A program made the translations under genes and the position numbers. Under the pieces are notes generated by a model. The model was given only the letters and a program-made list of their open reading frames with translations, ran no database searches and had not been told where the DNA came from. Shown here piece by piece: positions 1 through 10,074 of a stretch of 23,795 nucleotides of DNA. This DNA is from Spirochaetota bacterium (lineage in GTDB: Bacteria > Spirochaetota > UBA4802 > UBA5550): NCBI GenBank assembly GCA_050298055.1, contig JBNKTL010000060.1, forward strand, positions 1-23,795, given 5' to 3'. Every line of letters starts with the position of its first letter. The first letter of the stretch is position 1.

Positions 1-2
1 GC

Positions 3-1907
3 GTGCCTGCCGGGATGGAACTTCTTCCCGGGTGCAGAGTTGTTGTTGATTTTTCCGGAAGGCAGACTCCCGCCTTTACAGTGGATGTGCATCACAGGGA
101 ACCGGAAGAGTATAAGGTCAAGGAGATCATCTCCGTTATTGATGACGAACCGGTATTTCACCGGAAACTGATTGAGCTGTCAGAAGAGATTGCGTCCTAC
201 TATTTTTCCTCTCCCGGTGAGGTCCTCTCTCTTGCCGTCCCTTCGGGGAGAAAGCCTTCGGGAAGATACAGGGTTCCCTTTGAAAAGAGCGAGACGAGAA
301 ACATAACCCTGAACCAGGACCAGGCCCGGATATTCGGGGAGATGAGAGACCAGTATGAAGCGGGAAACCTGCATCACCTCCTCTTCGGGGTAACCGGGAG
401 TGGTAAAACAGAAGTTTATATAGAGCTTGCAAAATACCTCATTGAAAAAGGGAGGTCGGTTATCTACCTTGTGCCGGAAATATCAATTTCATCCCAGATC
501 TTCAGCAGGCTCTATAATGTATTCGGTGATGAGCTGATCATCTACCACAGCAGTATTACTCCCAACCAGAGACTTCACAGCTGGAATAAGTTCCTCAAGG
601 GAGAGGCCCGGATAGCCGTCGGGACACGGTCCGCGGTTTTTCTCCAGTGTCCCGATCTCGGGGCCATTATCATAGATGAGGAACATGACGGATCATATAA
701 GGAGAACAGCTCTCCCCGGTACAATGCCAGGAGGGTCGCGTTTTACAGGAGCAAAAATGAGGGGAGCCTTGTTGTTCTCGGTTCGGCAACGCCGTCGGTT
801 GAATCACTCTATGCCGCGGAAACCGGTGCGCTGAAACTCCACAGGTTTGGGAAACGGTACGGAGGTTCAAAGCTCCCTGAGGTTGAAGTCGTTGAATTTA
901 ATCCCGGCGACGGAAAGGACTATCTCTCATCGACCCTGAAGCTTTTCACCAAAAGGGCTGTTGATGAAGGCAACCAGGTCATTTATCTCCTGAACAGGAG
1001 GGGATTTTCCCCCTTTGTCATATGTGACAGCTGCGGTCATGTTACGGAATGCCCCCATTGCAGCATATCCATGAACTACCATGGATCGGCGGGTCTTCTC
1101 TGTCACTACTGCGGTATGAAGAAAAGACTTCCCGAAGTCTGTGAAAAGTGCGGTTCCCGGAAGATCGTCAAGCTGGGGTCCGGCACACAGAGGGTTGAGG
1201 ATTTCATCAAGAACGCTTACGGGGATTTCAGGATATTCAGGCTGGACAGGGACAGCGTTAAGAAAAAGAACCATGCGGGCGAACTTGTTGAGAAGATGAA
1301 CAGAGGGGAGATCGACCTGCTCCTGGGAACACAGATGGTGGCCAAGGGATTCGATTTTCCCGGTGTTACCGTTGTGGGCGTTCTCATGGCCGATATCGGG
1401 CTCCACCTTCCCGATTTCAGGGCCTCGGAGCGAATATTTTCACTGCTGGTCCAGGTTGCGGGCCGCTCCGGAAGGGGGGAGAAACCGGGAAGGGTGATAC
1501 TCCAGACCCTCAACAGTGAACACCCTGTCTTCAGGTATATCAGGGACCACGACTATTACAGCTTCTACAGGTCTGAACTTGAGGAGAGAAAGCTTCTGAA
1601 TTATCCGCCATACTCAAGACTTGTACGCCTCCTTGTAAGGGGGCATGATGAAGGGAGGGTCCTTGAGACTGTGAACAGGCTCAGAAATATGATCGACAGT
1701 TTTCTCAAAACCACAAAGGCTGATATTACCGTTCTCGGTCCCGCGTCAGCGCCCCTCTCTAAAATTGCCGGGAACTACAGGTACCATATAATACTCAAGT
1801 CGAGGAATGCAGAAGAACTCCACAGGACCGTATCAGAAGCAAGAAAGATTACCGGTACCGGGAAGATATATCTTGAGATCGATATGGACCCTTATGATCT
1901 CCTGTAG
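3..1907 (+). CDS. priA: Primosomal protein N' (replication restart helicase), 5' end outside window
   Basis: Walker A GVTGSGKT, LVPEI, DEEHD, GSATPS, LNRRGF, Cys-rich region with four CxxC pairs, GTQMVAKGFDFP, QVAGRSGR, C-terminal DMDP. Confidence 0.97.
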   Translation: MPAGMELLPGCRVVVDFSGRQTPAFTVDVHHREPEEYKVKEIISVIDDEPVFHRKLIELSEEIASYYFSSPGEVLSLAVPSGRKPSGRYRVPFEKSETRNITLNQDQARIFGEMRDQYEAGNLHHLLFGVTGSGKTEVYIELAKYLIEKGRSVIYLVPEISISSQIFSRLYNVFGDELIIYHSSITPNQRLHSWNKFLKGEARIAVGTRSAVFLQCPDLGAIIIDEEHDGSYKENSSPRYNARRVAFYRSKNEGSLVVLGSATPSVESLYAAETGALKLHRFGKRYGGSKLPEVEVVEFNPGDGKDYLSSTLKLFTKRAVDEGNQVIYLLNRRGFSPFVICDSCGHVTECPHCSISMNYHGSAGLLCHYCGMKKRLPEVCEKCGSRKIVKLGSGTQRVEDFIKNAYGDFRIFRLDRDSVKKKNHAGELVEKMNRGEIDLLLGTQMVAKGFDFPGVTVVGVLMADIGLHLPDFRASERIFSLLVQVAGRSGRGEKPGRVILQTLNSEHPVFRYIRDHDYYSFYRSELEERKLLNYPPYSRLVRLLVRGHDEGRVLETVNRLRNMIDSFLKTTKADITVLGPASAPLSKIAGNYRYHIILKSRNAEELHRTVSEARKITGTGKIYLEIDMDPYDLL

Positions 1908-2078
1908 GAGTGAGGCGAGACTTCAGAATAATCATTATTTCATAATATTTTGCGGAAAAATGATCGATATAGATAAAATATCCCGGTTAAATTTATTCTT
2001 ATTTTACCGGCAGTATTGCCGTTCAGGAATTTTTTTTATTATTGATGTACTTTTTTTTATTTCTTTAGTAATTAATAT

Positions 2079-3470
2079 ATGGCTAAATTAGTAAAAATAT
2101 CAGACGAGAGGAAAAAGAAACAGCAGGAAGAGGAATCAAAGCTTGCCAAAAAGCAGGCTGAGATCAAAAACCTGAAAAAGGAGATCAAAAAGCTTAAACA
2201 GCAGGTTGAAACCCTGGGGCTCAGTCTGGATACAATTCACGGAAGGTACCTGGAATCAGCCCTTGTTTCTGTTGACCTTCTGGAAGACCTTGAATACCAG
2301 AAGTATAAATCTTCGTTTATTGATATCGGGATAAAGGCCCAATCGGATTACACCAGGCTGAAAAAGTACAGAACACTGATAAAAAACTTTTTCCTCAAGG
2401 AACTGAGGTGCTGCTATATCAAAGTAAGCTATATCGGGAGAAACAATAAGATAAAACATGAGCTTACCTTCAAATCATCGATAAATCATCAGAATGCATC
2501 AAGTTTCATCGATACATACAGCAAGTTTTACCATGTGGAACTGGTGGATGTTATGTTCCCCAAGCGTATTATCGGCAGGATCATAATCGGACGGCAGCCC
2601 TTTAAGGACAGCAAAAAGGAGAAAGACTACGAGAAGAAGATCAGGGATGAGATCCATTTTACACGAAAGGTCATAGAAAATACAATATCCGAGATCCATA
2701 ACAAGGAGCTTGCGGTCAAGGACCCGCTCACGGGTCTCTATAACAGGAAGTTTCTCGAGGAGAAGCTGAGAGACGAATTTAACAGTATTGACCTGCTTCC
2801 CACGCTTGGTCAGACAGAGAAGGATGTCCTTGATATCATCATGAAGTCGGACGGTAATGCATACAATATTATCAGGGACCAGTATATGTTCAAGCAGGGG
2901 ACAAAAGATGAAGAGCTCTTTGTCCAGACTATTGACAATCTTCGCGGCAATAACATCATCTCTTCACGGAAGGACATCTATCTCGGGCAGCTGATGGATT
3001 TTTACTCTTTTGAAAATTCAAAAAGGGACTACAGCCTTTTCATCGCGCTTTTTGATCTTGACCACTTCAAGGACATCAATGACAACTGGGGAGGCCACGA
3101 GGTTGGCGACAGAATACTTATAGAGTTTGCGGCAATAATGAAGAAGCATATACGAACAACAGATATTGTTGTAAGGCAGGGAGGGGAAGAGTTTATTATT
3201 ATATTTTCCCGCGCAATCTCAATGATGAAGATCAAGGAGGTCCTGGAGAAGATCCGAATGGAGTGTGAGAACAACCTGATTGTACGGTACCGGGGAAAGG
3301 AGAGAAACGTGACCGTTTCCATTGGTCTTACCAGGATAAGCAAGTATGATGTTAATTTCAACCAGATGATCACCAGGGCCGATGCCGCACTCTATGCCGC
3401 CAAGAATATCAGGAACAAGCTGATTATCTATGAGCAGGGTCCCGATGACTATATCAGGTATCACCTCTAG
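2079..3470 (+). CDS. Diguanylate cyclase: N-terminal coiled coil, GAF-like region, GGDEF domain interrupted by an insertion
   Basis: DPLTGLYNR, FDLDHFKDIND, GHEVGD, I-site RTTD, RQGGEEF, VTVSIG, ADAALYAAK; K/E/Q-rich heptad N-terminus. Confidence 0.9.
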   Translation: MAKLVKISDERKKKQQEEESKLAKKQAEIKNLKKEIKKLKQQVETLGLSLDTIHGRYLESALVSVDLLEDLEYQKYKSSFIDIGIKAQSDYTRLKKYRTLIKNFFLKELRCCYIKVSYIGRNNKIKHELTFKSSINHQNASSFIDTYSKFYHVELVDVMFPKRIIGRIIIGRQPFKDSKKEKDYEKKIRDEIHFTRKVIENTISEIHNKELAVKDPLTGLYNRKFLEEKLRDEFNSIDLLPTLGQTEKDVLDIIMKSDGNAYNIIRDQYMFKQGTKDEELFVQTIDNLRGNNIISSRKDIYLGQLMDFYSFENSKRDYSLFIALFDLDHFKDINDNWGGHEVGDRILIEFAAIMKKHIRTTDIVVRQGGEEFIIIFSRAISMMKIKEVLEKIRMECENNLIVRYRGKERNVTVSIGLTRISKYDVNFNQMITRADAALYAAKNIRNKLIIYEQGPDDYIRYHL

Positions 3471-3569
3471 TGCTGCGCCCGTGTGATCTACACCAATAAG
3501 ATTCTCTTAATAGTTGGATATTCCAGCAGTTAACCAATCATGATTAGTTAAAAATCACACAGTGGAAGT

Positions 3570-3589
3570 ACCGGGCCGGGAAGCCCGGT
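3570..3589. terminator. GC-rich hairpin between convergent genes, possible terminator
   Basis: ACCGGGC-CGGGAA-GCCCGGT, 7-bp perfect stem between stops at 3470 (+) and 3609 (-); U-tract is weak. Confidence 0.4.
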
Positions 3590-3608
3590 TTACGGGAGAG
3601 TCCCTCTG

Positions 3609-3956
3609 TTATGAGGCCGATTCACAGCTTGATACTGCTTCTTCTTCGTTATCATACAGGTCGAACATATTTATGATATTAAGGTTCTCAAAAAGTGTCC
3701 TGTTTATTTCATTGAGGCTGCAGATCTTCAGTCTCTTTTTAAATTCTTCCAGGATCTGCATGGTTGAATAAATAACTCTCATCCCGATGCTGCTGATGTA
3801 TTCCACATCCTCGAGGTTGAGGACAATATTGGACTCTTTGTTCCTTAATATTGTACTGTTGATCTTTTTTTCAATCTCTATAGTAGAGTAGGTATCCATC
3901 CTGCCCCTGGGGCTGATGATCAGAACATTGTCTTTTTCCGTTATTTCATATTCCAT
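3609..3956 (-). CDS. STAS-domain anti-sigma factor antagonist (RsbV/SpoIIAA-like)
   Basis: GRMDT, IVLNLEDVEYISSIGMR (phosphoacceptor Ser motif), ends YDNEEEAV; start placed at MEYEITEKD to give a typical 115 aa (track ORF extends to 4052). Confidence 0.9.
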   Translation of the reverse strand: MEYEITEKDNVLIISPRGRMDTYSTIEIEKKINSTILRNKESNIVLNLEDVEYISSIGMRVIYSTMQILEEFKKRLKICSLNEINRTLFENLNIINMFDLYDNEEEAVSSCESAS

Positions 3957-4137
3957 GGGATTTATAAAATGGTTCATAATCGAAATATAATGAAATGCTA
4001 TTAATTTTCCTCCATTATTTTTCTGTGGGGAGAATAACAGTTTTGTGTACATTATGTCTTATTAAAAAAAAGTCAAGTAATATTCTTTTAGAAAAGTACT
4101 TGATTAAAAAACCAGGATTGTTAGTAACTACTCAGCT

Positions 4138-6372
4138 ATGAATTTCTTAAAAGTTTTTTTTTCATGGATATTTAGCCACAAAAAGCTGGTATTCATTTAT
4201 ATACCTCTCTTAATAGCGGCACTGACTTTAAGCTATGTGCTTTTTATCTATGCGGGCTGGCAGGGTGACAGGGATTCTGCTCTTAAAAGACTGGCCAGGT
4301 ATAAACAGCTCATCGATAAAACCGAGGAGTTGAGGAAGGGATTTGTCTACAGTTACAGTGACATTGATCTTAAGGCAAAGGTTGTTGATATTCCCACGAG
4401 AATCTTTGACCGCAATAACAGTATTATCGGAGAGTTTTTTGAACAGAAACGGGAGATTATTCCCTACAATACCATACCTGAATGGATAGTAAAAGGAGTC
4501 ATAGCCAGTGAGGACAGGGATTTTTATAATCACTCCGGTATAAGCTATAAGGGAATAATCAGGGCCTTCTTTGTGAACCTCATCCACTTTGGTGTGGTCC
4601 AGGGGGGGAGTACCATAACACAACAGCTGGCTAAAGTACTTTTTACTGACATGAAGAGGAGCTTAAGAAGGAAGGTCTATGAAGCCTTCTGTGCCCACGA
4701 AATTGAAAAGCTTTATGATAAACAGGACATCCTCTCAATGTATCTCAACCTGATCTATTTCGGGAATGGGGCATATGGTGTTGAATCCGCGTCAAAGATG
4801 TTTTTCGGACTCTCCGTGAGCAGATTAAATATTGTTGAGTGTGCCGCAATAGTCGCGACAATTTCAAGCCCGAGGTTGTATTCACCTCTCTCACATCTTG
4901 ACAACTCCCTGAGAAAAACAAAGAGAATACTCAAATCGCTTTCAGACGCAGGTTTTGTCAACGAGAAGAAGGCAATCTACCAGTATGGAAGGTACCTGAA
5001 AAAATGGGATGTCAGGTTTAATGAAGAGAAAAAAGCGGTATCTTCGCAGATCGGGAGCTTTGTCTACAGTACATACAGGGTGAACAGGGCCCCCTTCTTT
5101 AACGAGAGGATAAGGAGGGTGCTTGTTGAAAAGTTCGGAGAGGATTCTGTAAAGAAGGGCGGCCTGAGGGTCTATACAACAATTGATGCCGAAAAACAGG
5201 ATGTTGCCCTCTCAAACCTCAGGGAGGGGATCAGGCAGCAGCGGGAGTACCATATAAGGAAATCGGAGCGTGAAAAATCAGAGAATATAGAAGGGGCCCT
5301 GGTGTCCATTGATCCCGGTACAGGTGAAATAATCGCCTATGTGGGCGGGTCAGAGTTCTCAGCGGAAAACCAGAACGACCATGTAAGCCAGATCAGGAGG
5401 CAGCCGGGATCCTCAATCAAGCCTCTCGTCTATACTGCGGCAATTCAGAACAGGGACATAACTCCCGCCACGTTATTCGTGGATGAAAAAACCGTGTTTA
5501 AGGGCGGATATTCTCCGGGGAACTACAGCAAGAAGTTTGAAGGAAAAATGACCGTACGGGAAGCGCTCCGGAAGTCAGTAAATGTTATAGCGATAAAGGT
5601 CCTAGAGAAGACAGGTTACAGCCTGGTTTTTGATTATTTAAAGAAAAGCCTTGACCTTTCGGGAAGTGAAATGGGCAGCCGTTTTGGAAAGACTCTTTCC
5701 TTTGCTCTGGGGACCTACGAGATCTCTCCCCTGGAAAACGCTGTCATCCATTCTCTGCTCGTAAACGGGGGAGAGTTTATTCAGCCCTACGGCATACGGT
5801 TTGTAAAGGACTATAACGGCAATATTGTTTGGGACAACGAAACCGGCATCAGGAAAAGTATGGATGAGAAAAGAAGGGATACAGGGAAAATACTTGACCC
5901 GGCGGCCGCTTCAGTAACAATATCGATATTGAAAAATCCATTCTATCATGCGGTGAAGGTACGAAAGCTGAAATTTGAAGTTGCCGCGAAAACCGGTACA
6001 AGCACAAATCACAATGATGCCTGGTGTGTCGGCTATACAAGCGACATGGTCACCGCGGTCTGGATCGGAAATAAAATGGGTGCTATCTCTCTGGGGAGCG
6101 GCAGGGGGGGGAGCGCAGTGGCAGTTCCTGTCTGGGCCGGGTATATGGCCGGTATTTACAGGAATGAAAAACCTCCGCCCTTCAGCTATCCGGAGGAGGA
6201 AGTGACAACTGAAACCATATGTCTCGATTCCGGGGAGGTCGCGGGAAGAGACGGCCAGTGTCCCCGGACGGCGATTAACCAGCTTTTCATTGCGGGGAGT
6301 GAACCGGGGGTTTTTTGTAAGATACACGTCACAGGCAAAGAGGAGAAAAAAGGAAAAAACAGTGATGAATAA
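4138..6372 (+). CDS. Class A penicillin-binding protein (PBP1A family transglycosylase/transpeptidase)
   Basis: N-terminal TM; GT51 motifs SEDRDF, GGSTITQQLAK, RKVYEA, YLNLIYFG; transpeptidase SxxK (GSSIKP), SxN (SVN), KTG. Confidence 0.96.
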   Translation: MNFLKVFFSWIFSHKKLVFIYIPLLIAALTLSYVLFIYAGWQGDRDSALKRLARYKQLIDKTEELRKGFVYSYSDIDLKAKVVDIPTRIFDRNNSIIGEFFEQKREIIPYNTIPEWIVKGVIASEDRDFYNHSGISYKGIIRAFFVNLIHFGVVQGGSTITQQLAKVLFTDMKRSLRRKVYEAFCAHEIEKLYDKQDILSMYLNLIYFGNGAYGVESASKMFFGLSVSRLNIVECAAIVATISSPRLYSPLSHLDNSLRKTKRILKSLSDAGFVNEKKAIYQYGRYLKKWDVRFNEEKKAVSSQIGSFVYSTYRVNRAPFFNERIRRVLVEKFGEDSVKKGGLRVYTTIDAEKQDVALSNLREGIRQQREYHIRKSEREKSENIEGALVSIDPGTGEIIAYVGGSEFSAENQNDHVSQIRRQPGSSIKPLVYTAAIQNRDITPATLFVDEKTVFKGGYSPGNYSKKFEGKMTVREALRKSVNVIAIKVLEKTGYSLVFDYLKKSLDLSGSEMGSRFGKTLSFALGTYEISPLENAVIHSLLVNGGEFIQPYGIRFVKDYNGNIVWDNETGIRKSMDEKRRDTGKILDPAAASVTISILKNPFYHAVKVRKLKFEVAAKTGTSTNHNDAWCVGYTSDMVTAVWIGNKMGAISLGSGRGGSAVAVPVWAGYMAGIYRNEKPPPFSYPEEEVTTETICLDSGEVAGRDGQCPRTAINQLFIAGSEPGVFCKIHVTGKEEKKGKNSDE

Positions 6373-6396
6373 TATTTTTAAACAGGAGCAAAACAT

Positions 6397-7254
6397 TTGC
6401 CGAACAGGATACTCTTTATTATTTCACTTTTAACACTTGCTTTTATTAATCTGTCTTTTAACTGGCCTCTGAAAAAACCATCGGTTACGTCAACCTATGG
6501 TGAATCACGATGGGACCACTTTCATGACGGAATGGACCTTGTTTCATATAACAAAAAGGTCTTCCCGGTTGAGAGCGGCAGGCTGATATTCCAGTGGAAC
6601 AGAAACCTCTTTCCCGCGGAGAACTACCCGGGTGCCGGGAACTATAAGGTGCTGAAACATAATGATGAGATCTATTCAATCTATATGCACCTTGATGATG
6701 TCTTTGTGCCGGGGACTCTTATGACCCCTGACCTGCCCTTGGGGATTTTTGGTGATACCGGTCACTCCTTTTCTTCCCATCTCCACTTTACAATTATCGA
6801 TATGAGGAGGGAGTGTTCAATAAACCCCCTCCTGAAGCTTCCCCCGGTGCCGGACAAAAAAAACCCCACTATCGGTAACCTTTTTCTCGAGATCAATGAC
6901 AGGCTTGTCCAGCTCCGGAACAGGTCGAAGATAAGGCTGACCAGGCACTATCCCCTTCTTGTGAATATTACCGATTCAATAAGAAGCGGCGAAAGGCTTG
7001 GTCTCTACCGGTTAAAAGCGGTTCATAACGGGAAAGAGTTATTGAATATCAGTTTTGAAAAGATTGATCACTCTTCCGGAAAATTACAGGTGTCGGGGCG
7101 GAACTACGGCAATCTTTATAACAATAAGGGTTACTACAAAATTGAAGGGATAAAATATCTCCAGGGCATAAATGAAATTCTTGTAACCGCCGCGGACTAC
7201 AAGGGGAATAGGACAGAAAAAAAATTCGTACTGAATATCAGTCTCGATATGTAA
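6397..7254 (+). CDS. Secreted M23 family metallopeptidase
   Basis: TTG start after AGGAG; signal peptide; HDGMD (HxxxD), YMHL, GDTGHS, HLHF, INPL. Confidence 0.9.
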   Translation: MPNRILFIISLLTLAFINLSFNWPLKKPSVTSTYGESRWDHFHDGMDLVSYNKKVFPVESGRLIFQWNRNLFPAENYPGAGNYKVLKHNDEIYSIYMHLDDVFVPGTLMTPDLPLGIFGDTGHSFSSHLHFTIIDMRRECSINPLLKLPPVPDKKNPTIGNLFLEINDRLVQLRNRSKIRLTRHYPLLVNITDSIRSGERLGLYRLKAVHNGKELLNISFEKIDHSSGKLQVSGRNYGNLYNNKGYYKIEGIKYLQGINEILVTAADYKGNRTEKKFVLNISLDM

Positions 7255-7289
7255 GATTTTTTACGTGGTATTGAAAATCTGAAATATAT

Positions 7290-8546
7290 ATGGACAGTTA
7301 CCTGACAGTTATTCTATTACTTGTACTTTTTGCGCTCCTTTCTGCGTTTTTTTCAGGGTCAGAAACAGCGCTCTTTTCTCTCTCCAAATCGGACCTGCAC
7401 CGGTATTCATCATCAAAGAGCGGTATCAAAAGGTCCCTGTCAAAGCTTATGATGGAGCCGCAGAAGATCCTTATTACCATCCTAATCGGCAACCTCCTGG
7501 TAAACCTGCTCTTCTCGGCCCTTTCCACGGACCTGATGCTCATGAAGTGGCCGCGGTACGGGCACTTTCTTTCAATAGCAATTGTGACGCCGGTGATGAT
7601 CATACTCTGTGAAATTTCACCGAAGATTTTATCGATTAACTACTATGAACATGTTTCTTCCGGTGTCTATTATCTTCTTAAGGGGTTTCACAGGATTTTC
7701 GCGCCGCTGCGGTTGGTCCTTGAATTTCTTACAAATGGAATAATCAAAATCTTCAAACTGGAAATGCTGCATGATACCATTACCCGGGATGAACTGCATA
7801 CGGCCCTGGAAGCAGGTGAGCTTGAAGGTATTATCGAGAAAGAGGAGGGGGACTATATAAAGAACGTCCTCAGGTTTTCGAAAAAAGACGGTTCGAACAT
7901 CATGTTTCCCAGGAACAGGTCGATCTTCATACAACAGGGATCCTCTATTGAGGATGCAATGAAGATATTCCTGGAATCGGATATAACCCGGGCCCCGGTT
8001 ATAAAGGGAGATCCTGATAATATTATCGGGATGGTCGATTCGAAGGACCTGATCCTGAGTTACCTGGGATTTCGGAGATCAAAAAATATAAACAGGTTTA
8101 TCCGCCCGGTTGATTTTTTCCCCTCATCCATAGAGCTGAATAGTCTTTTGAATGAATTTCTTTCACGGGGTATACAGCTTGCTGTTATGGTTGATGAGTA
8201 TGGAGGTACCGACGGTGTGGTGACCCTCAACTCCATACTTGCCGAACTCATGGGTAAGGACTTCAGTAAATGGGATGTTGATTCCCGGCCCGATATCAGG
8301 ATGCTGGGAGATGAGATCTCCGTTATTTCAGGGGAGATGCAGATAGACGACTTCAACTTTCACTTTGATGAGAGCCTGGAAAGCAGTGAAACAGATTCAA
8401 TCGGGGGATATATCATCGAGAAACTGGCCTTCTTCCCCGGCAGGGGAGATGAGATACAGACAGAAAAATACAGGCTCAGGGTCAGGTTTATCCGGAAAAA
8501 CAAAATTGAGACGGTGGAAGTTATCCAGCTTAAGAATGGAAAGTAA
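7290..8546 (+). CDS. CNNM/HlyC-CorC family membrane protein (DUF21-CBS-CBS-CorC)
   Basis: SAFFSGSETALFSL, ILIGNLLVN, CEISPK, VDEYGGTDG, C-terminal CorC-like domain. Confidence 0.94.
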   Translation: MDSYLTVILLLVLFALLSAFFSGSETALFSLSKSDLHRYSSSKSGIKRSLSKLMMEPQKILITILIGNLLVNLLFSALSTDLMLMKWPRYGHFLSIAIVTPVMIILCEISPKILSINYYEHVSSGVYYLLKGFHRIFAPLRLVLEFLTNGIIKIFKLEMLHDTITRDELHTALEAGELEGIIEKEEGDYIKNVLRFSKKDGSNIMFPRNRSIFIQQGSSIEDAMKIFLESDITRAPVIKGDPDNIIGMVDSKDLILSYLGFRRSKNINRFIRPVDFFPSSIELNSLLNEFLSRGIQLAVMVDEYGGTDGVVTLNSILAELMGKDFSKWDVDSRPDIRMLGDEISVISGEMQIDDFNFHFDESLESSETDSIGGYIIEKLAFFPGRGDEIQTEKYRLRVRFIRKNKIETVEVIQLKNGK

Positions 8547-8560
8547 AAAGGTATACGGTA

Positions 8561-9823
8561 TTGGACATTAATTATATCGCCATATATGAAGCCGCAATTT
8601 TCTGTCTCATCCTGATGTCGGCGTTTTTTTCAGGTTATGAAACGTCGCTGATCTCATCCAGCAGGATAAAGATAGAGACCGACGCGAAGAACGGGTCAGG
8701 GAGTGCCAGAAGGGCTCTTGCTGTCCTTGACAGGATTGAGGACGCAATCGGGACAATCCTCATCGGCAATAATGTCGCGAATATCGGTGCGACCGCCTTT
8801 ATTACCTTCCTTGCCACAAAGACTTATCTCCTGGATGAAAGAGGGCTGCTTATGGTCACCCTGGTACAGACCTTTGTCTTTCTTGTCCTCTGCGAGGTGT
8901 CCCCCAAGGTCATTGCGCGGTCGAAACCGGAAAGCTTCCTGAAAATTTTCTCCTATCCGATCATATTCCTCATGACCGTTCTGAAACCGTTTATATGGTT
9001 ATCGCTCTTTGTGTCCAAGCTGCTTAACAGGAAGATAAAAGCAGACCAGGTGAGTACATCAATCGTCAGATCACGGGACGAACTGGACCTCCTTTTCAAA
9101 CTGGGAAGGAAAGAGGGAGTCATATATAAAGACCACCAGATTTATATATCAGAAATACTCTCCTTCAGGGAGGTCACCGCCTATGAGATAATGACTCCTG
9201 TGGTAGATATTGAATCTGTTGATATTACAACCGGTATAAAGAAGCTTGCCGAACTGATCCACAGTACCGGTTTTTCCCGGATTCCTGTTTTTGACCGCAG
9301 GGTGGACAATATCGTGGGATATATCTTCTACAGGGACATTCTGAAAAATACCGGTGTAAAAGATCTTAAAGAAATTATCACCAAACCCTATTATGTCCCG
9401 GGGACCAAGAATATCTACGAGCTCTACCAGGAGATGTATGATAACTCCCTGCCCATTGTTTTCGTGGTGAATGAATATGGCGGGATAATCGGGATGGTTT
9501 CAAACGAAGATATTGCCGAAGAGGTTGTAGGAGAGATTCAGACCAGCGACCATGAGGAAGATAAACTTATTGTCCGGGTAAATGAAAAAAAGTATCTCCT
9601 CAGCGGTGATCTGAATATCGACTATTTCCAGAGACATTTTGCCATACCCATAGAAAAGCGCGGCTTTAAAACACTGGCCGGTTTTATTACTTATCACTTA
9701 AAAAGGATCCCCAAAAAAGGGGACCGGCTGACTTATAAAAATACGGTTTTTGTTATTGATGAAGCAACCGATCGTTCTGTGGAGAAGGTGATCATGTACC
9801 TTCAGGGGAGCGGAAAAAAATAG
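8561..9823 (+). CDS. Second CNNM/HlyC-CorC family membrane protein
   Basis: SAFFSGYETSL, ILIGNNVAN, CEVSPK, IMTP, GFSRIPV, VNEYGG, EEVVGEI, TLAGFI; TTG start. Confidence 0.94.
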   Translation: MDINYIAIYEAAIFCLILMSAFFSGYETSLISSSRIKIETDAKNGSGSARRALAVLDRIEDAIGTILIGNNVANIGATAFITFLATKTYLLDERGLLMVTLVQTFVFLVLCEVSPKVIARSKPESFLKIFSYPIIFLMTVLKPFIWLSLFVSKLLNRKIKADQVSTSIVRSRDELDLLFKLGRKEGVIYKDHQIYISEILSFREVTAYEIMTPVVDIESVDITTGIKKLAELIHSTGFSRIPVFDRRVDNIVGYIFYRDILKNTGVKDLKEIITKPYYVPGTKNIYELYQEMYDNSLPIVFVVNEYGGIIGMVSNEDIAEEVVGEIQTSDHEEDKLIVRVNEKKYLLSGDLNIDYFQRHFAIPIEKRGFKTLAGFITYHLKRIPKKGDRLTYKNTVFVIDEATDRSVEKVIMYLQGSGKK

Positions 9824-9955
9824 TTTTTTATTAATACAGGTGATTTTTCTTTACATAGTTGAGTCGTTGTAAAAAATTATTATTTACATATATTTCTCCA
9901 TCGGTTATTCTGCCTGATAAAATGTGTGTGTAAAGATACAGTGTAATAATAGAGC

Positions 9956-9976
9956 CATATAGCTGAGTGGTAACAA
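9956..9976 (+). repeat. Left copy of 21-bp inverted repeat (CATATAGCTGAGTGGTAACAA)
   Basis: 19/21 identical to the reverse complement of 11686-11706. Confidence 0.75.
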
Positions 9977-10074
9977 CCAGATTTTGTAATCAGCCTGTTC
10001 TCATAATGGATATTGTTTAAAAATAATCCGGCTTGAAAAAATGAATGGATAAAATATGGGAGGAGAGTAATAAA

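Noticed and set aside
250..320. PriA seems to lack the winged-helix region between the 3'-binding and helicase domains
   Set aside because: Short PriA forms are known; a link to the neighbouring GGDEF insert has no support
1983..2021. CCGGTTAAAT-8-ATTTTACCGG inverted repeat and adjacent short hairpin, considered as a dif site or terminator
   Set aside because: Does not match the XerC/XerD arm consensus; stems too weak to call
6210..6330. Cys3-His tail of PBP1A
   Set aside because: Similar tails are common in class A PBPs
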